The position numbers and the translations under genes were made by a program. The notes beneath the pieces were generated by a model. That model was not told the DNA's origin, did not search any database, and saw only the letters and a program-made list of their open reading frames with translations. Below are positions 14,511-27,714 of a DNA stretch of 64,000 nt, in pieces. The stretch spans positions 30,457,678-30,521,677 of the forward strand of contig CM074523.1 in NCBI GenBank assembly GCA_037379345.1. The letters run 5' to 3'. The stretch is from Perna viridis. Its lineage: Eukaryota. The first letter of the stretch is position 1. Every line of letters starts with the position of its first letter.

Positions 14511-15800
14511 GTAAGAAATCAGGTGCATTTTCGTTTACACTAAAAAAAGGATCTTATTTCTTTTTAAAAGAAGAGCCTGATATGAAATTAACAATGAAGC
14601 TGAACGGAAGTCAAGAGTAAGACCAAAATGTAGATAATAAAAACTAGTAGGGATCCAGTTTCTAATGTTAGTAAATAAGAGATTTTCAGGAAGTAATGGT
14701 GTCGTAATGGAAGTGACCTGTACTTGCCATTTTTTTTTATTTTCATCCATTTGATCTCACAAACAAATCATATGTTTTTTTTTTGTAATTAAACGTGATG
14801 GTGAGAATGCAATAAATTACACAGAAAGCACTACATCTTACATATGTACATGTACATGGAAATAACTTTAAATTAAATTTATAATTTTGTTGATTTATTA
14901 GGGAACTTTCAACATGTATTGAAAAATATCATTTTTCGCTATTTTTTTGCATTGGACAGAAAAGCGCTAAATATAGTACCCGCAAAGTTTATTTTTAACA
15001 TTATGGAACGCTTATCATTTTTTGACACCGCGGAAATTGATACCCACAATATGTACACATATGAACACTTGACAAAATGAGTTTAATTATACACTAGAAA
15101 ATAGCTTTATCCTGTGTCGTCCATATCATAGTATCTGCCTGGTTTCTCCTTAGACAGTCTCTTCATCCCTTCTACAAAAGTACCATATAAAATTTTTAAT
15201 TTAAAGGCTTAATCACAGTTAAGGTTTAACAATTTGTTTACATGTATAATACATGCGTGATTCCGAAATATCAGAACTATCTTATAACTTCGTTGATACC
15301 ATTAAAAGGTTTTTTTTGTTTGGAATAGCACATGAATAAATCGGTACTCTTATTCGTTGTACCAATATCCATGGTTTAAGGATGAAAGGTCAGTTCGTAG
15401 ATTCTTGAAATCTTGGACAACTCATCATACAAAGTGAAAGGGGTCGATCATTTGATTTTTGGATATGTGTGCTAGGGAGAATGTAAACGAAAAAATATTT
15501 TGAAAGATTGGATTCAATGAATGTTAAAAAAAGATCATATTTCCACAATTAACATGGTGAACATAAACAATTTGATCTTTCAACCAACCCACCCCACTAT
15601 CAAATTAAAGGGATCAATGTGTTATCATGTGTTGTCATGTAGAACTTCCTTGCATATAGAATAAGCAGCTGTCAATTATGAAAATCTTTTTATCGCATTT
15701 TACAATGAATCTTGTATAAAACCACTTCTTTTATATTTAAAGAATCTACACCATTTTCCCTAGGTATTTTTACATATCTAAATTTCTGGTTTCATTTTAG

Positions 15801-16162
15801 CTATTTCAGACTAATTCAACGCCATATTCAGCACAGGAGCTTTTATACATTGATGGAACTGTTTTACTTCACATTTTCATTCCAATAACTTCCGTCTTGT
15901 TTATAGTATTTGTATTTGCAATCATCATCGCCGGAAGATGAAAAGTATGCAACATGATAGTAAAAAGGAATGAAAAAAATAAAAAAAAGTTAGCGAAGAT
16001 GTTCTGTTGATGGACAGAATGAACTTCGTTAACAAAAATCCCACTTACTTTTTCACTGACCGGGAAGATGATTCCAAAGGGTTCCGAATAAACTATATAC
16101 CCTACGATAAAATCACTCTTCTGGATTTTGTTGGTGAAGGTGCTTTTGGACAGGTATATAGA
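15801..16162 (+). pseudogene. Disrupted receptor tyrosine kinase exon (transmembrane helix + juxtamembrane NPxY + kinase subdomain I), Trk/Ror/MuSK-like
   Basis: TTTTAG| acceptor, hydrophobic LLHIFIPITSVLFIVFVFAIIIAG then TGA at 15939; another frame gives MNFVNKNPTYF...IPYDKITLLDFVGEGAFGQVYR. Frameshift and stops lie between. No downstream kinase exons recognised. Confidence 0.65.
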
Positions 16163-16489
16163 GTTTGGTATACTTTACGTGGTACCAATATTTTGACCGG
16201 AAGTGAATGTTGTAACATTCTTCCTGTTTTATACTGCCTGGATCATAAATACTACTCAGATCATTTTTATACAGCGAATTCCTAGTATGCTTTGGAAACT
16301 TGCTTTTATTGAACTAATCAGTCAAAAGGGTTTTAATCGTTTTTCTTTTAGAAAAGGAGAAGGGACGATAAAGGCTCTCATTAGCCTAAAATACAACTGG
16401 AAATTAATCATATTTGTGTTGAAGAAAATTAATTGTGAATTTGGAGACTTGAATCTATTGCAAATCAGAAAACTAAAAGTTTATTACTT

Positions 16490-18225
16490 TTACCGTGTTT
16501 CTTCTTATTATTATAATTTTAATTCTCCTATCATAAAAACTAATTGTTTGTCCACGTTTTCTCATAAACGGCTCATTTGATTGAGATGAAACTTCACAGG
16601 AAGTTAGAACTACTCTTCAAAAGATGAAGAAATTCAAAAGTTTTATTTCAGCTGCCGCCATTTTTTTTTCAAAATGGCCACCAGACTGGACGTACCCATG
16701 TGTTTACACCGGAAATTGGAACATTATATATCTCGAAAACTATTGATCAGAATTTGACGGAACTTGGTGTATATATTAAGTTCATTACTCTTAACAAAAT
16801 CATGAAAAAAATCGCGTGCGTCTCGGCTGCAATTTTCAAAATGGCAGACAACACTGTCGAAAATTCAAATTTGTCCGTTTTCGATGAAAATTGATATCTA
16901 GGTTTCTTGAGCCGTCCCGATTAATAATTTGCGGCTCAATTTGCAATTGGAGCTACATGTTGGTCGCCATTTTGAAAATGGCCGCCTTCGCGGTCGAAAA
17001 GTCAAAGTTGTCCGAATTTGATGAAAATTTATATCTAGGTTTTTTAAGACGCCTCGATAATTTGAACTACGTATCAACGGATATGTTCAAAATGACCGCC
17101 ACCGCGATAAAAAATTAAAAGTTGTCCGATTTCGATGAAATTTGATATCTAGGTTCTTTGAGCTCCTAAAGACTCCCCGATTATGAATCTGTAGCTCAAT
17201 CGATAATTTCAACTACGTATCAACCGCCATGTTCAGAATGACCGACATCGCGATAAAAAATTAAGTTGTTCGATTTCGATGAAATTTGATATCTAGGTTC
17301 TTTGAGCCCCTAAAGACTCCCCGATTATGAATCTGTAGCTCAATCGATAATTTCAACTACGTATCAACCGCCATGTTCAAAATGACCGACATCGCGATAA
17401 AAAATTAAGTTGTTCGATTTCGATGAAATTTGATATCCAGGTTCTTTACTCTGCCTCAATTAAAAATAAGCAGTTCATCTGACCATATGTTTCTTAAAGC
17501 AAAGACAAGGAAACGGGAAGCGACTTCTGAACATTTCGTGGAAACGTAGATTTGAATTATTATTATCATTATTATTATCATTATTATCATTATTATTCTC
17601 TTGTCATAAAAAAATTCATTGATTTTCCTGCACGTTTTCTCAAAAACGCCTTATCTGATTGAGATGAAACTTCATAGGAAGTTAGAACTACTCTTCGAAA
17701 GATGCAGAACTCCAAAATGTTTATTCCAGTTTCCGCCATTTTTTTCAAAATGGCTGCCGTACTTGACGTACCCACTTTTTTACACCGAAAATTGGAACAT
17801 CGAATATCTCGAAAACCGCTGTTAAGAATTTGACGAAACTTGGTCCATATATTTAGCTCAATAGTCCAAACAAAATTGCAAAACTAAAATTGCGTGCATC
17901 TTGGCCGACATTTTCAAAATGGCCACCACCGCGATCGAAATTTCAAATTTGTCCGATTTCGATGATAATTGATATCTAGGGATTTTTAAGACGCCACGAT
18001 TAAGAATCTTCGGCTCAATCAATAATTTGAACGACGTATCGACCGCAATTTTCAAAAGGGCCGTCACCGAGATAAAAAATCAAATGTATTCGATTTCGAT
18101 GAAATTTGATATCCGGATACTTTACGCTGCCTGGATCAATTATAAGCAGTTTCATTCACGATATATTTCTCAAAAGATCAGGAAAGGTGAGGCGATTTCT
18201 ATACGTTTCGTGGAAACGTAAATTT
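16490..18225 (+). repeat. Two tandem HINE-like elements with (ATT)n microsatellite and internal AAAATGGCCGCC-type satellite units
   Basis: Shared block GATTGAGATGAAACTTCA.AGGAAGTTAGAACTACTCTTC near 16578 and 17657; both end near TTTCGTGGAAACGTA (~17535, ~18206); (ATT)n at ~17556-17597. Confidence 0.6.
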
Positions 18226-19715
18226 TGATTACATTCGTTTTTTTATAGTTTTTTCTTGTGAAAATATAAAATCGTTTCTTTCGTGTACACATAGTCATGT
18301 CCGCAAAATATAGCCAAGTAACAACAAGATACAAACAGAGAAACAAAAACAAAAACAAACAAAAACAAAAAATTACAATTCTCAGAAGTTTTTTTGTGTA
18401 ATGATGTATAAATGTGGCACATTTATGCCTTAATTCCACAAAACATTCTTTCTCTTAATATTTTTTTGTATTATCCTATGTTACGAACAATTTTTATTTT
18501 GTAACAACAAAATTGATATTTTGGGCAATATTTATAGCTTCATTCTCCTTTGTTGAATAAAAAAAAATAGAAACCAAAAATATGAACAATGCAACAAAAC
18601 AAACAAACAAATGTAAGTACAAACAAATATAAACAAAAACAAACAATAAAAACAAAATGAACAAGTCTAACATGCAAACATTGCAGTTTATTACAATGCA
18701 CAGTTTTTTTATGATTGAAATGAACAATACGACCCCGTAACTCCAAAATGAGGTCAAAGCATAAGACGGAGCCAAAGATTCAGAATCCAGTAATAAATTC
18801 CTAACTTTTTCTAAAATGTCGGCTAAAATTGATAAACAATCAAGTTGGCAGAGACCAATTAATACCTCGTAAAATGAATTAATAAATGATTAACATCTTC
18901 ATTGTACTTGTTACTATGTTTTAAATGGCAATCTGATCGGAAAGTAGCAAGAAAACCGAAAGAATAATTCAAAATTGATATCGGATCTTTGATATAAGCG
19001 ACGCAATGATTTGTGGATATAAGCGTGAAAAACTAATTGAATTGATCATTAGTGTTAAGAGCTTTGTATAACAATTAATTTGAGGGGCAACTGTTGTTGA
19101 AAGACGCGTAATGCCTCGAAGTGACAGTTTGAATTAGAGTCAATTTATATTCATTAGATAGAGACGTGAAATGAATAGACATTGTATCTATTGTATTTTG
19201 AAGTCGTAAACAGGCGCAGTTATTGGAACCATGACATTTTTCCAAAAACAAATCACTGCTTAAAAGACGAATGTCCTAAGCATAGACCTTTTAAAAATTA
19301 ATTTCAGGAAATGTACATTAAAAGAATGATTTGACTGGTTGCGTTTTTTTTATATACAATGCACTACATTACAGAAACAAATAAAATATCTTTTATTTTT
19401 TAAACATTATTTTGTTGTTCATATATTTTTAAAGCGTCATAGTTAATGCCTTTAAAATAACAATCGCGATAGATATATCCCCAACTATAAAGAGACTAAG
19501 TCCTTGTAATTGTGTGTGAATTATTATCATTATTACGAAAACATGGAATATACAGTACTTATTTACTTTCTGATGCCAGTACTTTTAATAAAATTCTTTA
19601 TAAAACTCAGGTGTCAAACCTACAAAATTCACATTTATTCCCATTTCGAAACATTGACTTATAACATAACCAGTCTTGTTTTAGCATTCTGTTATTGCAC
19701 TATAAATGATATTGT

Positions 19716-21160
19716 ACAGTGAAACCTCTTTACCAAACCCTCTTTGAAAGAGTAACTAAGGGAACCAAGGTTATAGCGGTAATCAAAAGAATGTAATCCA
19801 GGAACTAAGACCAGACATGGAAAACAGACATACACAACAAAGAACATAAAGTAAATAAAATCATACATACAAAGTAACAGAAGTAAATGAGCAACTCGGA
19901 CTCCACTAAAAACTGGGAGCATGGACCAGGTGCACCGGTTGGGTAAGCGTCCTCTGCTTTTCTAGAAACACCCGCCGAGTTGCTCATAAAAAGTCAAGTC
20001 CGGGGTAGACAAACGAGGAAAGGAAAACTATGACCCGTTTTCATGGTGCAGATGGATAAGCATAACAATCCACGAGTTCATGATGACGACCATACAACTT
20101 CTGTAGTGATGACTTCAATCTTGTAGCAATATAAATCTGTTCCAGAAACTATTTGTTAGAGTTCTAGCGCGATACAAAAAGTCTGCGTAGTTTCGGCAAG
20201 ATCTGGCATAACGTATGAGTTGTGATATGAACAATCCATACGCAGGTGCTGAAGGGATGTTGCCACAGATGAAAGGAAAGTTGACAATTTTGAATGAAAA
20301 GACATCATGTTTGTCGTAAAGTTTGGTCAATAGTTTTCCTTTACTATCGATTTCTAAATGTAGGTCAAGATATGAGGCTGACTTCACAGTGTCTGTAAAC
20401 TTTTAAATGTGTTCTGTTAAAACAGATGATCAATTTACTGAGGTCCAAACGCATTGACATTGACATAAAAAGAGTTTAAAAAGTCTTTTAGACTGGATTT
20501 TGGATTTTTCAGAGTTCGGTTAAGCAAGGTCCAATCACATCGAAATTGACATAAAATGACTTTTAAAAGTCTCTGGTTTAGACAGGTTTTCGGATTTTTT
20601 CGATTTCGGTTAAGCAAAGTCCAAGGACTTTGAAATTGATATAAAAGAACTTTTAAAAGCCTCTGGTTCAGACAGGATTTCGGAATGTTTTTTTCAGTGG
20701 TTGGTGTTAACCAAGGTCCAAGCGCATTAGATTTGACATAAAAAATTGGTTTGGGCAGGTTTTCGAATTTTTCAGTGTTCGGTTGAGCAAAGTCCAAGCA
20801 CATTGAAATTGACATAAAAGGATTTTAAAAAGTCCTTGGTTTAGACCGGTTTTCGGATTTTTCCGTGTTCGGTATTAACAAAGGTCCAAGGGCATTGAAA
20901 TTGACATAAACAATTTTTTTTTAATTTCTGGTTTAGACAGGATTTAGGATTTTTCAGTGCTTAGTGTTAACCAAGGTCCAAGCGCATTGGAATTGACAAA
21001 AATGGATTTTAAAAAGTCCTTAGTTTAGACAGGTTTTCGGATTTTTCAGGGTTCTGTTAACATGGGTTCAATCGCATTTAAATTTGACATAAAAGGACAA
21101 TAAAACGCGTTATGGCGATTTTTCGGATTTCTATGTTTTCGGTTTACACAGATATTATTG
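19716..21160. mobile_element. Tc1/mariner-type MITE (TA|CAGTGAAACC start) with ~90-bp internal tandem units, interrupted by a Penelope-like insertion
   Basis: TACAGTGAAACCT at 19716; repeated GGTTTAGACAGGTTTTCGGATTTTTC units over ~20480-21150; related short copies at ~14010-14160 and 23758-23943. Confidence 0.55.
19748..20397 (-). mobile_element. Naiad-type Penelope-like element 3' fragment
   Basis: ORF 20115-20387 SASYLDL...SQLIRYARSC plus complete 3' UTR and tail. Confidence 0.85.
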
Positions 21161-21549
21161 CATATGATATTAGCTCTTTGAAACCGGTGTCACTGTTGAT
21201 TAATTTGATTTAAGTGGGCAAATAAGGATGGTTTCCTCAAAAATACAGATTTGAAAACAAAACGGGACTATCGTTATGTAAGAATATAACATATTGCAGA
21301 CCAATACAGAATATTGTTTGTTCAATGAGTCATATTATACCTAATCACCGTTACCATAGGGATGACTACATTTTTTATGGACTGGTGCTTAAAAGTTAAG
21401 TAAAGTCATTACCTGATTGGTATTTTACCAAACCGACTGGTTGTCAATATGTTCAAAGATGTGCGAACGAAGGTAAACATAATTAAGTCAAGTGGAATTT
21501 TAGTTAATGCAAAGTGAACATTAAAACAAAGGAACACATAAGTCACTCT

Positions 21550-21700
21550 GACAGTCTACGGGTTCACATGGTCCATGCTCTCAGTTTTTGGTGGAGTCCG
21601 AGTTGCTCATTTTACTTTTGTTTCTTATGACCTGTTTATTTTCTGATTGTATGTTCTCCGTTGTGTGTGTTGTGTTTTCTTTATCTTGTCCTTCTTCCTT
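21550..21700 (+). mobile_element. Degenerate Penelope-like 3' UTR fragment
   Basis: GGTCCATGCTC...GTGGAGTCCGAGTTGCTCATTT matches the family UTR. Confidence 0.65.
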
Positions 21701-21985
21701 AGTATAAATGGAAGAAAAAAAAATACAGTATATCTTGTAAAGTGGCTTAAATTAAATGTAAATAAAATGAGTGAACAATAGCCACGTTTTAAAGGTAATG
21801 AGGAACTACATACAAATAAAATACAAATAAATTGTAGAAATATAAATGATATGGGTCAAAATTTTCAGCCTAACAGCATTAGTTAGGGTCAAATGTATTG
21901 GAAAGATGGCTGACAACAGACAACCCACATTACAAAGACAAGGTGCCTTTTAAGTTTCACTGTATCAAAACGTTAAACAAACGAA

Positions 21986-22200
21986 ATGTTTTCATTGGCA
22001 GCCATATAATATTACAGTTTTTTTCATTGGCAGCCATATAATATTACAGTTGTTTTCATTGGCAGCCATATAATATTACAGTTGTTTTCATTGGCAGCCA
22101 AATAATATTACAGTTGTTTTCATTGGCAGCCAAATAATATTACAGTTGTTTTCATTGGCAGCTAAATAATATTACAGTTGTTTTCATTGGCAGCCAGTTG
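21986..22200. repeat. 32-bp minisatellite, about 7 copies
   Basis: CATTGGCAG at 21993, 22025, 22057, 22089, 22121, 22153 and 22185. Confidence 0.95.
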
Positions 22201-23561
22201 TTACATATTGTAGAATGACATTTTGACTGAAATTGATAACTGTAACCTTTGCGTTGGCGTTAAACATTGTACTAATACGAAAGGGTGATAAAAAGTCGAA
22301 AGATCTATTCTTTTTTACATAATTTAATCGCGATGTTCAGTTTCCATCTTACAAAAGATGAATTTCATTGTCAGAGAAACCAGTAATTACCAAAAGGTTT
22401 CTTTCTTTATTATCGTAAACAATGTTGTTTAAATGAAACTGCATCAGTGTCAAGTGGATAGGGCTACTTTAGGTGTACCTAGTTCGAAAGACTACGAAAA
22501 CAAAAAAAGCAAAAAACAATCAAGCAAACACAAAACACAAGAACTAAGGAAAAATTACTTGAAAAGAAGAAAACAAAAGGCGATATAACACAGATGTAAC
22601 AGAAACCCCACCCTCTCTCTTTTATACGATTTTAAGGCTTAATTTGAACTGTCAGAATAGTCTTCATGGATAAATATATAAATACATGTATCAGTCATAT
22701 AAACGTTCCAAATTTCTGTTTAATCTGTACTCGTAGTTAAATTGATGACCTCTTATTAACAGCATTTAAACCAGTATTATTTTGTCAACGTAAAACATGT
22801 TCTAAAACGGCACCTTAAAACGATAAAATCGATGTTGTACGCCTGCGTCAAAAGCACCATAAATCGCTTCTTCAGTACGTACGTTAAATTTCCACAAAAG
22901 GATTTTGAGCAATCCAAGTTTTAGACTCCATACATATAAAGGACATTGCTAACGCTTTGTCCCAATTTTTCGTTCAAAGAATTAACAGGGATTTGTCACT
23001 GTGCTGTCTATTTGTACGTTCTTGAATACACCATTACAGTAACTAAGTTATTCTGTTAATCATTGCCAGTTAAATATAAGGTTTATACATGTATTTATAA
23101 AGATTATTTCCCATTACAAACAAAAATCTAAAATATCCAAAACAAAGTAATCGACAAAAATACTTGAACATGATACCCTTCTGGGGTATCTGTTGTCACT
23201 CGTTGATTTTTTGTGCGATGTTATATTGCAAGTGCTTTAGTTTTATTTATGTGGTCTTGTGTTCCTCTTGTATTTCTATTGATTCTGTAAGAAAGATGGT
23301 GAGTGTGGTTCGATTCTGCTTCTTGTTTTTCTTTTGTATTTTTATTTATTCTGTAAGATATACGGTGAGTGTATTATGCCCCTGCTTCTTGTTTTCAGTT
23401 TCCGTCAGATGAGTGTAGTTCGCCCCTGCTTCATGTTTTCACGTTTCTGTCAAGTACTTGGATTTTGATGTCTCTTAGCTCTCATACTTTTGACGCTTCG
23501 GTACTTTTTGCAAATATTTGGCTGTTATTGTTTAAAAACAGTTGTCGGATGGAATGTGACA

Positions 23562-23710
23562 GTTGCTCATTTGCTTTTGTTACTTGTATGTATAGTTTAA
23601 GTTACTTCCTCTTCTTTGTTGTGTATGTCCGTTTTCCATGTCTGGTCTTTGTCCCTGGATTACATTATTTTGATTACCATTATAACCTTGGTTTCCTTGA
23701 TTACTCTTTA
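23562..23710 (+). mobile_element. Penelope-like 3' tail fragment
   Basis: GTTGCTCATTTG...CCTTGATTACTCTT terminus. Confidence 0.8.
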
Positions 23711-24310
23711 CCTTGACCACTATTTGATCTATGACAATTTACTAACGTCATTAATAATAGTGAAACCTGTCTAAACCGAACCCCTTTAGTTTGGACTTTT
23801 AAATGTGTTCGATTTGAAGATGTGTTCGGTTATCCAAGGTCCTTGTCCAATGGAATTAGCATAAACAACTTTAAGAAAGTCTGGTTTAAACAGGTCTTCG
23901 GATTATTGATGATCAGGGTTCAGTTTACAAAGCTTTCATTGTACTGTGTTTATTTGGCTGTTTGGCCGTTATTGCTTGATGTACCTCAAACAACATGTTT
24001 ACTTTTACTTGATGCACCTAACAATCAGATAAAATCATTTCTGTCAATGTTTTGAGTATAATTCACATTCCATCCGAGCAATGACTTTACGAAGAATCAC
24101 AAAGGAAGTGAAGTATATATTTAAATCACAAATTTGGAAGTGGACATGCTTGCTTCTGTAATTACTAAGACTGATTGTGATCCCAAGAATAAAACTAAAC
24201 AATGCAATATCGATATCATTGTCAATTTAAGACATATTTGAATAAAAATATTAAAATATGAAAGAGTTAAATCATATAATGAATCGATAACAACCAAAAC
24301 GAAGAGGGAA

Positions 24311-25228
24311 AGAGTAATCAAAGGAACCAAGGTTATAGCGGTAATCAAAGAGTAATCAAAGGAACTAAGGTTATAGCGGTAATCAAAGAGTAATCAAAGG
24401 AACTAAGGTTATAGCGGTAATCAAAGAGTAATCAAAGGAACTAAGGTTATAGCGGTAATCAAAAGAATGTAATCCATGGACAAAGACCAGACATAGAAGA
24501 GTAATCAAAGGAACTAAGGTTATAGCGGTAATCAAAAGAATGTAATCCATGGACAAAGACCAGACATAGAAGAGTAATCAAAGGAACTAAGGTTATAGCG
24601 GTAATCAAAAGAATGTAATCCATGGACAAAGACCAGATATAGAAGAGTAATCAAAGGAACTAAGGTTATAGCGGTAATCAAAAGAATGTAATCCATGGAC
24701 AAAGACCAGATATAGAAGAGTAATCAAGGGGACCAAGGTTATAGCGGTAATCAAAAGAATGTAATCCATGGACAAAGACCAGATATAGAAGAGTAATCAA
24801 GGGGACCAAGGTTATAGCGGTAATCAAAAGAATGTAATCCATGGACAAAGACCAGATATAGAAGAGTAATCAAGGGGACCAAGGTTATAGCGGTAATCAA
24901 AAGAATGTAATCCATGGACAAAGACCAGACATAGAAGAGTAATCAAAGGGGACCAAGGTTATAGCGGTAATCAAAAGAATGTAATCCATGGACAAAGACC
25001 AGACATAGAAGAGTAATCAAGGGGACCAAGGTTATAGCGGTAATCAAAAGAATGTAATCCATGGACAAAGACCAGACATAGAAGAGTAATCAAGGGGACC
25101 AAGGTTATAGCGGTAATCAAAAGAATGTAATCCATGGACAAAGACCAGACATAGAAGAGTAATCAAGGGGACCAAGGTTATAGCGGCAATCAAAAGAATG
25201 TAATCCATGGAAAAAAATCAGACATGGA
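24311..25228 (-). repeat. Tandem array of the Penelope-like 3' terminus: 3 x 38 bp then 11 x ~73 bp
   Basis: AGAGTAATCAA starts at 24311, 24349, 24387, 24425, 24498, 24571, 24644, 24717, 24790, 24863, 24936, 25010, 25083 and 25156. Confidence 0.95.
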
Positions 25229-25797
25229 AAACAGACATACACAACAAAGAACATAAAGTAACTAAAATCATACATACATAGTAACAAATAAGCAATCGAA
25301 CTCCACTTCAACTAACAACTGGGAGCACAGACCAGATGCACCGATAGGGTAAGTGTCCTCTGCTTTTCTAGAAACACCCGCCGGATTGTTAATAAAAAGT
25401 CAAGTCCGGGGTAGACGAGAGAGGGAAGGAACACTATGACATGTTGAACAAATCAGTTTTCATGGCGCAGATATATACACCGTAGCGATCCACGAGTTCA
25501 TGTTGACGACTATAAAACTTCTGTAGTGATGACTTCATTCTTGTAGCAACATGACCATGTTCCAGAAACCTATTTGTTAAAAGTCTAACGCGATACAAAA
25601 CGTCTGCGTAGTTTCGGCAAGGTCTGGCATAACGTACACGAGATGTGATATGAAACCTCCGTACGAAGGTGCTGAAGGGATGTTGCCACAGATAAAAGGA
25701 AAGTTGACAATTCTGAATAAAACGTCATCACGTTTGTCATAAAGTTTGTTCAATAGTTTTCCTTTACCATAAATTTCTGTGTAAGTCAAGATATGAC
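25156..25797 (-). mobile_element. Naiad-type Penelope-like element 3' fragment (body attached to the tail array)
   Basis: KLYDKRDDV.FRIVNFPFICGNIPSAPSYG motif plus UTR. Confidence 0.85.
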
Positions 25798-25802
25798 ATT
25801 TC

Positions 25803-27463
25803 AAATTATCATTTTCCCAATGTCTTGTTATATATTCGACATTATACGTTATGAACACAGATTATGTTTGTATCAAAGTTGATTTGTTATCAATTTTACT
25901 TTAAAAATAATTCACATAAAAAAAAATATATTATATTTTTCATTAACGTCTAATTAATGGTCAATTTCTTATTGTGTCATTGGCCCATTCCCCATTGATC
26001 TAAACACATTGCCCATAGCCTACTTTTATATTTGCCATTTACCTGGAACATGTTTAGGGTTTTAAACAAGACAAAAGGACTTTGGATTTAAAAAGAAGTG
26101 GACCAGTAAAAGTTATGTTGATTTACGTCTCACAAGATAACTACGATGTTTCTATAGTACTGTGTTATTTTAAATTGGATAGTAGTCGTCATCTAAATGA
26201 TAAATCTTATGGGTCTCGTTGCAATGTCTTAAGTCTAGAAAGAGAGGTCGCGTTTTCTGTAAGATACGTTATTAACTGAAATAAAAATACCTATAAAACA
26301 AGTACAATCGAAATGATTGAACATATATCATAACATGTCTTAAAAAAGTCGTCTATTACCACTAATTATAAATGTAACCGAATAATTGTACTGTAATGTT
26401 ACGTCGTAGGTTACATTTGTAACCAAAATTTTTAAAGACCTATCAGATAAAAGTCAGTACCACTCTTACAGTTGCCTTGAATTAATCGGATAATTTAATA
26501 AACCGTACATCTGATGAATTCTTTTCATGCTTGTCCTATTTCGTTATGAACAAATTCAAATCAAACACTGCTCTAATCAAACGACATGTTTAGACCAATT
26601 AGTCCAAAATGTGTTCAGGTTAGACAGCATTCCTTGTACAAAGGCACGGTCAAAGCTGTTGATCTACTTGTATACAGAATATCCAGACACAGTACCATAT
26701 TTTTAATAATCTTTGTCCATGTGGCTTAATTCGGTTTAGGTGTTAGGTTATCATGTATACTCGGCGTCAAATAGATAACATTCAAATTCAAAATAAAAAC
26801 CAGTCTGCAGTTTTATTGTCGATATATTAAATATGTTAAATAACTTGCTGATTTATATCACAAAATGGCTTCTCAGTAAAATGCAAATTGTCTAAATCCG
26901 ATGACATTTTAAACCAGATCACAATATTTACATTGTAATCGGCCGTGACTTTCTTACCAAGACGATTTTCGGTTGTTGGTACTTTGTTTGACAAAGATTT
27001 ACCGCCTTATATTATGTCAAAGATTATTCTTAAGGTGATCGATCTAAATAATAGATGATTGCTTTCAATTCATAAGAAATTATATTTTTGCCAATACAGA
27101 AATTAAAAAAAAACTACAATAATCAGAATTGTGTCAACAATCGGCATTTGCAACACAAATGGTGGAATTACAATGGAATATCTCATTAGGAATTATAAAA
27201 CTCATTTTGATTGTACATATCAATCGTCAGTACTGGTGTTTGTTGTTTTATAAAATGAACACAAGGCTCACTCTCCGGTTGGAAAATTTTTTATCGTGTC
27301 GTGTAACCTTTCACACAGAAAATGAATAGCCTTAGAAAGTATGATAAGGTTACATGAGACGTCTTCAATACCACAAGCTACAACATAAAAATTTATAACC
27401 AACAATACGGTAAATGTTTCAATCTATACTTTCTAACTCAGTTATACTAAAAGGAAGTTTTAC
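25803..27463 (+). repeat. Left arm of a ~1.65-kb inverted repeat
   Basis: Reverse complement of 29807-31447 along its length, roughly 90% identity by eye. Confidence 0.9.
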
Positions 27464-27714
27464 CTCCTATAAAGGTTTGATTATGGGTCCACAGCTCTAA
27501 AGAAATTATATGACTGGTAATTTCGTTGGTTACATTAAAAAATTATATATATATAACAATAATATGCGGCGTAACAAATAGAAAGAAAAAAACTCTGCCT
27601 CGATAAATCAACAGCTAACAAAATTTGATGAAATCTAAAATGGGATTAAACCGACGTTGAGTACAGTAATGTCCCTCAATAGCTCCACAGGAGTTACTCA
27701 CAAAAAAGGGAAAA

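Noticed and set aside
18170-18775. Hydrophobic F/L/V-rich ORFs (also 31363-31744)
   Set aside because: Translations of (AAAC)n / (TTTG)n low-complexity tracts.
19692-19987. Recurring small hydrophobic ORFs (MLPVFSGVRVAHLLLL..., also at 31849, 54961, 25117) as a peptide family
   Set aside because: They translate the T-rich retroelement 3' UTR, start at alternative codons, and differ in frame and stop between copies.
24311-25228. CRISPR-like or independent satellite
   Set aside because: No spacers; the unit is the 3' terminus of the adjacent Penelope-like element.
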